This document shows, one piece after another, positions 12,197-23,813 of a DNA stretch of 41,756 bases. The stretch covers positions 160,743,231 to 160,784,986 of the forward strand of contig NC_068982.1 in the NCBI RefSeq assembly GCF_001194135.2, written 5' to 3'. The DNA comes from Octopus bimaculoides. Taxonomy: Eukaryota. Each line of letters starts with the position of its first letter. The first letter of the stretch is position 1. A model generated the notes under the pieces. The model worked only from the letters and a program-made list of their open reading frames with translations. It had not been told where the DNA came from and made no database searches. A program made the translations under genes and the position numbers.

Positions 12197-13317
12197 AATG
12201 CCTGCGTAATATTTAATAAAATTAAATTTACATCTTGAAACTGACAAACTGACTGTAATAATATAATATGAATTGATATCAACGTGTTGCTATCAGCCAT
12301 TTATTCAGTGTTATTTCTCATCAAAACGTTAAGGTGAGAAAAATTTGATTTAATGTTGTAGGAAGATTTGCAGATAACAGAACTATGTATTCCTTTGGAG
12401 ATACAATAATTATATTGAAGTGAATTACGTTGAAGTGAAAATGCATAACTATTCCTGAAAATATTTTCCCGTTTTCATTTTTTCATATAGAATACGTTCG
12501 TTTGCTAACTAACTGGTCAATAATAGTAATAATGAACTGATGAGGAAGATTTTTGCTACGAAGTAGAATCTGGCTAATTAGCTCATTGTTATTTATCAGG
12601 CAAATCTCGCTCATATCAAACCCTAAAGTCTTAAAAATACAGGGGTATATGTAATAATACTGCTAAAAACATGATACGATGGCAACTGCTGGGACGTTTT
12701 TGATCTACTGAATCAATAATGACCCAGTGCTAATTATTAATGGTTACTTCAACAGTAACTATATCAACGAATTGATTGATTTGCAGTAGCTAACTTCGAC
12801 CGTTTACTTAATGGCACTTTATTGGCTGCCTTTCGTTTATGTTGATACCCAGTATTATGTGTAAATGCTGCTCTTCTGCACATTACTTATTCTTGCAGAA
12901 CTAAGGTACTTCGTCATACAAGAAGTTTTTATAGTCTATGTCGCACGCAAAACTAGTAACTGGAATATAGTCATAAAACCAGGCTTTTATTTGACGTTCA
13001 ATATAGTTTTTATATAGTTTTGGCTAAGTTTGTCTAAGATAATAAATGAGATTATTTCATTTCCTTCATAAGAATCAAACGGTTTCGCACTGTAGCTGTT
13101 TTGTGGTTTTCTCTTCATATTTCGGTTTACTTTAGTATGATGACATCAAAGAAAATATATGAAGCCATACCAAAAGTAGGAAAAAGGTAAAATGAAAAAT
13201 GTTTGTAAATTCCCTTTCTCTTGTTTTCAATGTGTTTGCTTTTAAATAGCATGAAATGAGTTATTAGAACTGTTGAGTACATTTTACTGAACTGTTGACA
13301 TTGGTTTCATATTTTGG

Positions 13318-13441
13318 CTCAGTGCTCGACCTCAAAAGGATGAAAGACAAAATCGAATTTCAACTCAGAACGTGAAGGCAGACGAAATGCCGCTAAGCAT
13401 TTTGCCCGGCGTGCTAAGGATTCTGCCTTCTCGCCACCCTC
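13318..13441 (-). mobile_element. tRNA-derived SINE, family A (head and part of core)
   Basis: Reverse complement reads AGGGTGGCGAGAAGGCAGAATCCTTAGCACGCCGGGCAAAATGCTTAGCGGCATTTCGTC...CTGAGTTGAAATT...CTTTCATCCTTT. Confidence 0.85.
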
Positions 13442-13689
13442 TGAACTGTTAATATTAAATCGAGGTAATGAGCGTTTCAAAAGGTTTAGTCTCAAGTCAA
13501 CGTTAAACTCACAGATTAGTCAGCGAAAGAAGACTAACGCCCATTACATTTTACAGGGTGTACGAGACATGGAAAGATGGAAAATGTTACCCTCACACAG
13601 GACATCTGATCCTATTGCTTACAACAGAGTGAAATTCATTTAAGCACTTATAGACTACGTGAAGTCATTAAAGAGGATGGTTGCTTTTT

Positions 13690-14300
13690 TGCCTGCTTGA
13701 TTACTTGTTGCTTCCTTCACGCTCTTGCTTGATAGAGCTGGCGACAGCCGAGGGTAGTGGTCGTAGAGGGGTCATCGTGCATAGAGCTAACCAGGTTACC
13801 AATGCTCCCCGTCGCTGACGGTACCGTGTCAACCTCTCTGCATCCTCCAAGATGACGTCGAGCCTCTGGAGGTTTTCCTTAATCACGATCGGGTGCAGTG
13901 CCTCCACGGGACCTCTTCCAGCCTCCAGCTGCTGCGTCGAACGAGAGTATACGCTGGTATGGACATGTCCTCTGCCTCCCACAGAGGACATGTCCATACC
14001 AGCGCATGCAGCGGATAGCTATGAGGTGGGGAGCTTCGGACTGATGCGTGTGCACACAGAGTTCTTCGTTGGAAACGTGATGACACCAACTGATGTTCTC
14101 GATAGTTTTCAGGACTCTGCTATCGAAACCATCGATCCTCTTTGCCAGACTGTTTGTGAGAGGCCATGTTTCTGCTCCATAGAGAAGAATGGAGAGGATT
14201 GATACTTTATAGATGTGGAGTTTCGTCTTCGGGGAGATAGAGCAGGGGCGTCAAAAAGACAACCTATACTCCTGATGGACATCGTCACAGATTCCATTGG
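13690..14300 (-). mobile_element. 3' end of an RTE-clade LINE with a CAAG-rich tail
   Basis: Minus-strand translation gives KTKLHIYKVSILSILLYGAETWPLTNSLAKRIDGFDSRVL...IRCMRWYGHVL...GWKRSRG, the typical post-RT RTE region. It ends in a degenerate CAAG-rich tail near 13690. Confidence 0.9.
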
Positions 14301-15327
14301 ACAAAATTTAGTGAAAATATTTTACTCACCTCGAAAATATGTTAGATTTTTGCCCATGGTGCTATGCTGTGGGATGGAACTCGGAGCAACGAAGTTTGAA
14401 ATGTAAGTCTTAGCGACGCAGCTGTAGCAACGCCTAGTTTATTTACTATACTCAGATTCCAAACTTTGCATTTATGTTTTAAGAAGAAATTATGTTAATT
14501 TAAGTGATATTTCATTTACAACAGCGGCAGCCATATTTGGTGGCAGAAGTAAAAAAGATAGATTTACTGATTGGGTTCTCATATATTGAAAAATGCATTG
14601 CCTCTTTTATTTTCTGTACTTCAACTCAGCTTCTAAGGAAATATTCAATCAGAGATGTCAGTTTTCGAATAATTTGATATTTCAGAAAACATTATCTTTA
14701 ACTTTCTATGGTATCTATTTCCACTCCCTAAATCCATCAACTCTTAATTGATAATGTGATATGTTTCAAACATCGTATATCACTTGTAATTACACAAGAG
14801 TGGAATCAATTTACAAGCCACATGCCAAAATATGTCGTAATTTATAATGTATAAATTGCTATAATTACATGCAATTATATGCGTGTGTTTATGTGTGGGT
14901 ACGTGTTTGAATTTACAAAGAAGTGAGAAAAATACGCAATGTAGAAGCAGAGAGTAATTATTTATTGCTTTACTAAGATTACGACTTAGAGTTTCACGAA
15001 TGTCCATAGCTGAACAATGATTCTCAGTGTATGATGCACAGTATTTGTAACAGACATGTATGAGGTGTCATTGAAATAAGGGCATGAAAATACATTTTTT
15101 TTGTTTTTAATTGTATCTATGAAAATTATGTATATATCATAAGCGTTCAATTATTTGATCAATTAAATTATCGACGGACTGGACACTTGTTTTTGAAATA
15201 GATTGCCAAGAGTGAATTTTAAATTGCAGAGTTAGCCCTTTCGACTGGCTTCCGTACGCCACTCACAAGTCGATATCTCATAATTGTCAAGCGAACATCT
15301 TAACCACTTGGACATACCTACGTGAAC

Positions 15328-15485
15328 ATATACACACACACGCACGCACACACACGCACGCACACACTCATACACACACACACACACACACCCATACACA
15401 CGCACACACACACACACGCACACACACACACAGAAACACACTCGCATATAGACAGGCACATACGCACACACACACACTCACACAG
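15328..15485. repeat. Imperfect (CA)n microsatellite
   Basis: Read directly from the sequence. Confidence 0.95.
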
Positions 15486-15653
15486 AGAAATTATATATGT
15501 CTTTCCTTTTCTTCAATGTTTTCATTTTATGTGCAGATATGTCCACTTGAGGTGTCGGACCGGCTGTTTCATCTTTATATTTACCCGGTATTTTATGTAT
15601 ATAGGTACATATGATAATTGTGCATGTTCATTTGTGCGTTGGTGTGTGTGTGT

Positions 15654-15710
15654 GAGAGAGAGAGGGAGAGAGAGAGATAGGGGAGAGAGAGAGGGAGAGA
15701 GAGAGAGAGA

Positions 15711-15768
<58 letters not shown>
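15654..15768. repeat. (GA)n microsatellite
   Basis: Read directly from the sequence. Confidence 0.95.
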
Positions 15769-15770
<2 letters not shown>

Positions 15771-15944
15771 AAGAGCGTGCGTTGTCGATCTCGATTTGGA
15801 TTCAATAGTTCCATCAACTGAATTACATATCTGGACTTAAATAGCAAAGCAATTCTCAAGTATACCCATAACGAAATTCGCAGGAAGAAAGTGAGTGAAA
15901 CAGTGTGTGACAGGGTTGTACCAACTGGATAATAGATAAAATCT

Positions 15945-16085
15945 AACAAGCGGGTTTCCATACAGTTTCCGTTTATCCAATTTCACTTTCAGGGCGATAA
16001 ATATGACATCTGCCCAACAAACCATGTGATGGGATCAAATCTGGGACCTCGTGGTTGAGGATTGAACTTCTAACAATTCAGTAAT
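15945..16085 (-). mobile_element. Decayed tRNA-derived SINE, family B head
   Basis: CGGGTTTCCATACAGTTTCCGTTTATCCAATTTCAC...GGGATCAAATCTGGGACCTCGTGGTTGAG resembles the better-preserved copy at 31010-31146. Confidence 0.55.
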
Positions 16086-16599
16086 ATTGTGCCTATCAAT
16101 ACCTGTGGGTGTTTGTGTGATATATGTGTGTGATATATGTGTATGTGTCTATATACATTTGTCCGAGCGTATGTATATAAGCCTGAGTGTATATTAATAT
16201 GCGGTGTTAATGTTTAATGGTGCTCCTTTAACCATGTTTGGCTTCTATGACAGGATGTTCTATAGAATTAGTCTATATGCGTATAAACACTTCAAACAAC
16301 TTGTGTTCTGTACATATATGCAAATATATGTATTATGTGAGTGTGCATATATATGCAAATATCCATTCGTGTATTTATGTATTTATATATTGATCTATAT
16401 ATATATATTTAGTGAAAATGTTTAAATATCCACATAAATCACACCATATAGGAAAAATCGAAAATGGAAAATGCACTAAACGTTTTTATCTAACTTCAAA
16501 ACACATCGTTTGATGTTTTTGCATGGTTTTAAAATACAATACAAAACAAAAACAGTGATTTCTACGTTAAGTGGAGAAGCGGTGACGAGCGAAAACTCT

Positions 16600-16890
16600 C
16601 TAAATAATAATAATAATGAGCTTAAAGCTTACAAGCAATCATCGTGTATTGGCTAAAGAAAAGAGTCTAATATTAGGGATTATAAGCTCTGGACGGAAAA
16701 AAGTAAGCGTTAGTACGCATGGAAAGTGATCTCATACACCTCATATTCTCGATAAGCGTACTAGCCAGTTACACCAACCTACCCCTACTTTCTTCTGTCG
16801 ACAGCTTATATGCCCCAATATTAGTCTACTTTCTTCAGCTAATACACTGTGATCACTTATAAGCTTTAAACTTATAATTACTATTATTTA
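16600..16890. mobile_element. ~290-bp palindromic element (MITE-like) with ~100-bp imperfect arms
   Basis: 16603-16705 (TTAAAGCTTACAAG...GTGTATTGGCTAAAGAAAAGAGTCTAATATTAGGGATTATAAGCT) is the inverted counterpart of 16788-16890, roughly 75-80% paired by eye. An inner AGTACGC/GCGTACT pair is also present. Confidence 0.7.
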
Positions 16891-18577
16891 CAAAAATAAA
16901 TATTTTCACCTACCAGTTTCAAGCTTGAGAATACACGGGATCACTTTTTAGGTAATTCGAAAAATAGTATAGAACAACTTATTACAAGTATATTATCAGA
17001 TCCGCCCATAACAAAATTACAGTTGCGTTGTAAAATCACTGAAGTGATTCAATAAAGATATGCCAATTAACATCCATTGCATTTGTTTATTCGCTTTGTT
17101 CCGTTGTATAATTGCTACACTGATAAAGAATTGTAAAATTCGCCCAGCTTCGTGCCCCAACGTTTATCAGTATGGTAAAGGACTGCAATCTTTCTGGTGT
17201 ATGGCTATTTAATATATTCATGGTGAAATGCCACTCTGTTGGCGAGTATCAGGTAAGTTTATCCATATGATCTTCTTTGCAATCTTTCCATATCTGTGTA
17301 TGTGTGTGGTTATATCAGTGGTAATCTTCACGTTTATGCTCAAACTGCTTAACTTGTGTTTATGTTATGTCCCTTTATGTCCTGTGATCAATGGTTAGAT
17401 AATAAGATAAAGAACTGGGACAGATATGATATCTCAAACCCTCGAAGGTAGTTCCTCATCAGAACTCCAGTCCAATGAGTGATGGAAAAGAAAGTGCATA
17501 TATCTGACTTATTTGAGGTTAATATGTTCGTTAAAATAACGCTCCTATATGTAAAATTATTACGTTGCTCATATCATCTCCAATCCAGTGTTAAGAGCAC
17601 TAAAGCTCCAATGTATTAAAATATAAACCAATAAAATCAATAAAGGCATCTACATGATGACTCAACCTACTAGACATAGCAGTTAAATGTTCTTGAAATC
17701 AAAACTTGCAGTCTTGTTAAGATACATTATCTGGAATTAAACCAAGGCATGAATGTCACTGCAGCTAAACAACAATAAAAGACTATATGCGTGAAGCATG
17801 TTTAACAAATATATTTTAATTTGAAATCCTAACATAATGAACTCTATGACCATATATGCTGGTGTAATGGCTTCTGATTTTATATAAGTTGATATAATGA
17901 TGCATGATAATCATCAGTAAAATCATGCATTGGTGGATCTAATAATCATTAGTATTGATCACAACTCAGCTAAAAGCATTTTCACTGCTGCAGCCTGTAA
18001 TTCAAAGAGTGAAATTATAGGAAAGCAGACGGTGCTATCTGATTTCTAAAATGAGTTCCGATAATTAATAATTCCTATATGTAATATATAATTAAAATAC
18101 TCTGCAATCGCCACAGAGAAAATAAAGATTGTGCAACTGTACAATAATTCTACATTTCTTTCCATCTTACAATATCTTTTACTGGTTTCAGTCATTGGAC
18201 AGTGGCCATGTTTTCACCCCGCCTCCAATGAATAAGTTGATCATATTGAATTCATTACTTATTTCTTCGAATACTATTAATGTATGCCAAAGCGCTAAAT
18301 TAGAAAATAGCAACACTGGACTTTAGATCGGTGAAAGCATAACCAAAGATACAAACATATGTATTATGTATACTGTGTATGTTTGTATGTATACGACACA
18401 TATCGCGCGCGCACACATACACATTTTATGTTTGTTTTTAGGTTTAGTTATAATAGAAACAATTTTATATGAGGTAATACTCTATACTTTTCTATAGCAC
18501 AAGTTTATTCTTAAACAAGAATGTTCTTGACAATGACTTCGAAGTTTCTGCCAGTTAAGTCATCATCGGACTGCCTT

Positions 18578-18712
18578 GTATATGTGTGTGTGTGTGTATG
18601 TGTGTATGCGTGTAGGCGTGTATGTGTGTATGAGCGTGTGTGTGTTTGTTGGTGCGTGTGTGTATGTGCGTGCGCGTGTGTGTGTTTGTGAGTGCGTGTG
18701 TGTGTATGTGTG
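18578..18712. repeat. Imperfect (TG)n microsatellite
   Basis: Read directly from the sequence. Confidence 0.93.
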
Positions 18713-19290
18713 TAATCAAATTCAAGAGAGGTTAGATGTAAAGATATATATTCTTTGTGTTTACAGTTGTTTCGTTCACTGTATTAAGTTACATGATGCA
18801 ACTGGATACGGACTACCTCTCACCTCTCCTAAATTTGATTAATTATTATACTCACCATCATTGTGATACCTGGCTTTTCAGAAGCACCGTCGCGTTACAT
18901 TAGACCCTCAACTCAACTTCTGTTTCTTTAATAGCCAGACCCGCACAGTGCTTACTGTGGGTACTTTTCGATTCCTTGAAATCATATTTCGTTGAAAACA
19001 TTATGTTGCTATAAGTTTTGGATATATTTCATTTTACAACCTATCCAATATGGCCCGGTTTGTATATTCTCCATTTATTATATCTAAGAATACTTTCTTA
19101 ATAGAAACACGTATTGGGCATTGTGACATATGATTCTGAATTAAACTATTTTTTAATAATAAATAGAAATAATAATAATAATAGTAATAATAGTGATATT
19201 AATAATGATGATCATAATAATAATGATTTAGCCAAAACTCATGTCGGATCAGAAGTTTTAACAATAACAAATGGCAAAAAAATTATGCTG

Positions 19291-19343
<53 letters not shown>
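19291..19343. repeat. (AAT)n microsatellite abutting the 5' end of the R4/Dong element
   Basis: Perfect trinucleotide array read directly. Confidence 0.97.
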
Positions 19344-19345
<2 letters not shown>

Positions 19346-22297
19346 AAGGAAGCGGTTGGAATCTCCTTATGTTCTGATTGTTGATACATCTAGTGAATAA
19401 AAGCACTGGTAACTGCGCAAGCTGATAATCACTACCTCATATGAGTGACAACGAAAGAATATTATGAATAATGGTGGTAATGAAACTGAAGCCCTTGATG
19501 GTGACAGTGTTTCGCCAGGCAGGCCCAGCGATACTGGTCCGACTCCAACCTGCCGTTATCCAGTAAGCGATCAGCACACACGGCGTAGATGGAACAAACA
19601 CGTCGATGCTGTGGTCATGGAGTGTTACTATCTGAGCAACCCCGTAGACGAAAATGGTGTTTATCTTAAGGGATACCGACAACGTATATATGATCAATGG
19701 AAAGAAAGTGGATTGTTTCAACTCACGAAACAGAGATTATCTGATCAAGCTAGAGCAATAAGAAAAAAATCGCTGGATCAGAGAAATCGAGCACGAAGCT
19801 ATCAAAAGACGAGTATAGGAAAACAGTAGCAGAAGAAACGATGTAAATACTGTTCCTACTGATAAAAGTAATCTCATAGCAGAAAACAGAGCTGAAATCT
19901 CTAATAAACTACAGGAAAGGAACAGTGTTAGCTTGCTCGAGAGACACATAGATGGTTTGGAAGAAAACAATAAAACTAATGGTGACATGACAGATGGGCA
20001 AAAGGCAATCTTTGACAGAATAAAGGCAAGGCTAAAGAAAAACGAGAACGACATTATTTGCAACCTTAAAAAGGTGGAATTGAACTGAAAAACGAAAAAT
20101 GTGAATGAAATCCTGAAATACATCAGAACAAAAAACATCCCACAAACAAACAATTTGATCAAGGCAGCAAGTATTGTTGTAACAGAAAATGTAGGTGTTG
20201 ATATCAAGAAAAAGAAATATAATGGTAGTGACAAAAGAAAAGATCCATGGTGGAAAAAAAGAATATAAGCGGAGTTAGATATGCTCTCGAAAGACATTTC
20301 TGTGTTAGGCCGCAAAGAGAAGTGGAAGCTTAAAAGCGAGGAAAAATACAGGGCACTGAACAGGAAGTATGATATTGAAAGAAACGTCCTGAAAGTGGTA
20401 ATGAGGGAACTGAAACAGCGCCTCGTTACAAAGAAAGCAAAAATGGTAAGATACAACCGAAGAATGAAAAGATACCAGCAGAATACCTTATTCAGAGTAG
20501 ATCAGAAAAGATTCTACAAAGAAATAAATGGAAAGTGTACAGATGAAAAGTTGATACCAGATAACATTGAAAGTCAAAGGTTTTGGAGTTATATCTGGAA
20601 CAAAGACAAGGAACACAAGAAGGATGCTGAATGATTGCAAGAACTGAAACAAACAGTAGTCTGTCCCAAAACAGGCAGAACTAGTCATTTCAGTCAGCGA
20701 AGTGAAGTAAATCAGCAAAAAAATGGGCAACAGGAAGGCCCCGGGACCAGATGGAGTTCAAGGCTACGTACTGGATCAAAAGATTTGGTGAACTTCATGC
20801 ACGAATAGCTGCACAACTCTACACCTTGTTAAATGATAAACAGCTGGAAAATTACTAAAGATATTACATGAATTTACCAAAGAAATAAACATGAAATTTG
20901 GCTTAGAAAAATGCGGCAAAGCAACTTTCAATAGGAAAACTAGTTAAGAGTAGCAACATCACAGTAGATAAAGCAAATAAGATAAGAGAATTAGACAAAA
21001 ACCACACATGTAAGTACTTAGGAATCAATGAGCTAGATACGCTACAACACACATAAATGAAAGAGAAGATACTAAAGGAATACTATAAACAAGTTAGATT
21101 AATACTGAAAACAGAGTTCAATGCGAAAAACAAGATAATAGGTATCAACACTCTAGCCGTCCCAGTTATAAGTTATAGCTACAATATTATTAACTGGGCT
21201 CTAAATGAATTAATTAAAATAGACAGGAAAACAAGAAAACTAATGACAGGATTTAGGATGCACCATCCAAAATCTGACACAGTAAAGGCTGTATATACAA
21301 CGTATCGTAGATGGCAGAGGCCTTATACAGCTAGAAAACTATTACAAAATAACCACCATACGACTACAAAAATTCGTACTTCAGAAGCAAGGAAAACTAA
21401 TACAAATAGCCGCAAAACACGAACAAAACAAAAAACTGTTTTCAGTATTTAAGGAAGCTGACAAATATGAACAAAGTCATAGTACCTAACAACTATGAAA
21501 AAAAAAGAAAAAGCAAGAAAACTGTAAAACAACTGAAATCCAAACTAAAACTGGAACAGCAACGGATCATGATAAAGATAACAAGAAAAGCTCCTTTATA
21601 GAGAATACTGGGTTAAACTAAACAGAAAAGGAATAGACAAAGCAAAATCCTAACAATGGCTGAGAAGCTCAGGAATCAAAGCAAAGACTGAAGGATCTTT
21701 AATTTCAGCACAAGATCAAAGCCATCCCATCAGAAATCGCCAAAAACATGCAATGAAAACAAATACAAAAAGTAACTGCAGAATATGTGGAGATGGAGAA
21801 AAAAACAATCATAATGTCTCTGGCTGCCCAGTCCTTGCTAAGAAGGAATATATTCACAGACATGACAGAGTTGGGACCTATGTACACTGGAAGCTATGCC
21901 AACACTATGGAATGACAACAGAAACGCCAGAAAAGGTCACAGAAAATGAAGAAGCAACCATACTCAGGGATGTGCCAACACACACAGATGGAAAAATTAA
22001 GGTAAACAGGCCAGAGCTAGTTGTCAGAGAACACCAAGTGGAAAAAGGTTTTCTACTTGATGTTTCAGTACCAACAGATGACAATGTTTCTCTAAAAGAA
22101 ACGGAGAAACTTTCAAAATACAAAGACCTGGAAATAGAGGTAACTCGAATGTAGATCCTAAAATCAGAAACAATTCCTCTCATAGACGCATTAGTTATGA
22201 TAAAAAGAAAAACACATTCAGATAAAAGCATAACAAGAACACCAGGACTTAGAAGTATATATAACATACAGAAAATAGCACCACTAGGCACCTTGCA
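19344..22297 (+). mobile_element. R4/Dong-clade non-LTR retrotransposon (RLE type), decayed, RT core deleted
   Basis: Motifs in order: N-terminal RRRWNKHVDAVVMECYYLSNP...GYRQRIYDQW...QRLSDQARAIRK, DPWWKKRI, FRVDQKRFYKE, RKAPGPDGVQG, MKFGLEKC, YKYLG, NAKNKIIGINTLAVPVISYS, the knuckle CRICG...HNVSGCPVLAKKEYIHRHD, and the restriction-like endonuclease NRPELVV...LLDVSVPTDDNVSLKETEKLSKYKDL. RT motifs including YMDD are missing at ~20833. Confidence 0.93.
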
Positions 22298-22632
22298 CAT
22301 CATCATCATCATCGTCATCATCATCATCGTTTAACTCCGTTTTCCATACTGGCATGGTTTAGACGATTTGACTGAGGTTTGGAGAGCCACCGGCTGCACC
22401 AGACTTCAATCTGATCTGGCAGTTTCTACTGCTGGATGACCTTCCTAACGCCAACCACTCCGAGTGTGTAGTGTGTGTTCTTTACGTGCCGCCGGCACAG
22501 GAGCCAGTCCGGCGGGCCTGGCATCGATCATGTTCGGATAGTGCTTTTTACGTTCCACTGGCACGGGAGCCAGTCAGGAGGTACTGGAATCGGCCATACT
22601 CGGATGATGCATTTTACGTGCCACCGGAGGCA
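22298..22632 (-). mobile_element. RTE-related SINE or non-autonomous element with an (ATG)n tail and internal 66-bp tandem units
   Basis: Minus strand reads TGGCACGTAAA...GGTTGGCGTTAGGAAGGTCATCCAGCAGTAGAAAC...AAACGATGATGATG. It truncates the Dong 3' end. The 66-bp unit starts at 22481, 22547 and 22613. Confidence 0.7.
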
Positions 22633-23102
22633 TAATTTTCCAAGAGTCATGCATCACAGTATATTTTATGCAGCCACATTCAGCAAGTCTTTTGAGAACG
22701 TAGAATGAGGTTGAAGTATGAACATTGTGCAGGAACGGTCTGTGATAGAAACATTCACAGATGCAACGATGTGCACTGGAGCCATAACTTGGCACTTTGC
22801 TGGATTTGATGCGAGTGTGATCAGCGATTAATGCAGGCTGATTTCTTCACTGAAATTATTTTCCCTTCCTTGTAAGGTATAATACCGTGCCACTACATAA
22901 CAAAAAAGATTTCAGGCAACGGCATTACTGTTGCCCAATTCAAAGAATACATTTCATTCTTTTTAAGTGGATGTTGTTTTCGTTGATCTAGGAAAGCTCC
23001 ATACAGACCTCATCAGCAGAAATTAAACTTCCTTTCTAACCAATCATGATAATACTTCAGCGTATCTTGAAGCTTCGATACCATTAAGTTTTACCAAACT
23101 TG

Positions 23103-23322
23103 AAGGTGGTGAGTTGGCAGAATCGTCAGTACGCTGGGCGAAATGCTTATCGATATTTTATATGTCTTTACGTTCTGAGTTCAAACTCCGTCGTGGTCGA
23201 ATTTGCTTTTCATCATTTCGGTGTCGATAAAATAAGTACCAGTTGACTACTGAGGGTCGATGTAATCGACTTGTAACTGCCTCCGAAATTGCTAACCTTG
23301 TACCAAAAATTTGAAACCAATA
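23103..23322 (+). mobile_element. tRNA-derived SINE, family A, full length, with the GAAACCAAT tail variant
   Basis: A-box-like TGGCAGAATCGT, B-box-like GAGTTCAAACTCC, shared core, then CTTGTACCAAAAATTTGAAACCAATATTATT. Confidence 0.9.
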
Positions 23323-23599
23323 TTATTTCTGTTTCTTCTCTATATTCTTCTGTAAATATAGGACTCCTGATTAATCTTCAATACCATATATTGTTGTTCA
23401 ATCCAGAGTAAGTTTGTATTATTTTAATTCTTGGTCTGAAGAATTACTAATAGGAGATGTTTCACATTTTTCTCCATGCTTACTTATGTAATTCCTATTA
23501 GTAATGAAACATCTGTAATGTGGATTAAATAATACCAAGCTTTTTCTAATTTTCTGTTTTAATATATATACACATGTTTCAGTCATTACACTGCGGATA

Positions 23600-23782
23600 T
23601 CCTGGGGCACCACCTTGAATTTTTAGCCGAGTGAATCGACCCCAGTACTCCTTTACGCCTGACACTTATTCTATCCGTTTTTGTTTGCTGGGCCGCTAAG
23701 TTATAGAAACGCAAACACACCAAGGCCAGTTGTCAAGTGGTGGCGCAGAGACAAACACACAGACACAAATACACGCACAAAG

Positions 23783-23810
<28 letters not shown>
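23600..23810 (-). mobile_element. 3' half of a family B SINE including its internal microsatellite
   Basis: GACCCAGTACT...TTATTCTATCCG...GCCGCTAAGTTA...AAACACACC...GTTGTCAAGTGGTGG...ACAAACACACAGACAC(TA)n shares GTTGTCAAG...ACAAACACAGACAC with the copy at 30915-30955. Confidence 0.75.

Positions 23811-23813
<3 letters not shown>

Noticed and set aside
14339-14411. MLDFCPWCY, resembling a thioredoxin/DsbA CxxC or kringle PWCY motif
   Set aside because: The frame is closed by stops within about 30 codons, the upstream acceptor is weak, and no continuation of either domain was found.
17430-17470. Minus-strand CTGATGAGGAACTACCTTCGAGG hammerhead-like motif
   Set aside because: GAGG replaces GAAA, stem II is weak and there is no stem III.
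19737-22327. Long minus-strand ORFs (239 aa, 80 aa, 140 aa)
   Set aside because: They are antisense frames of the A-rich R4/Dong coding strand.
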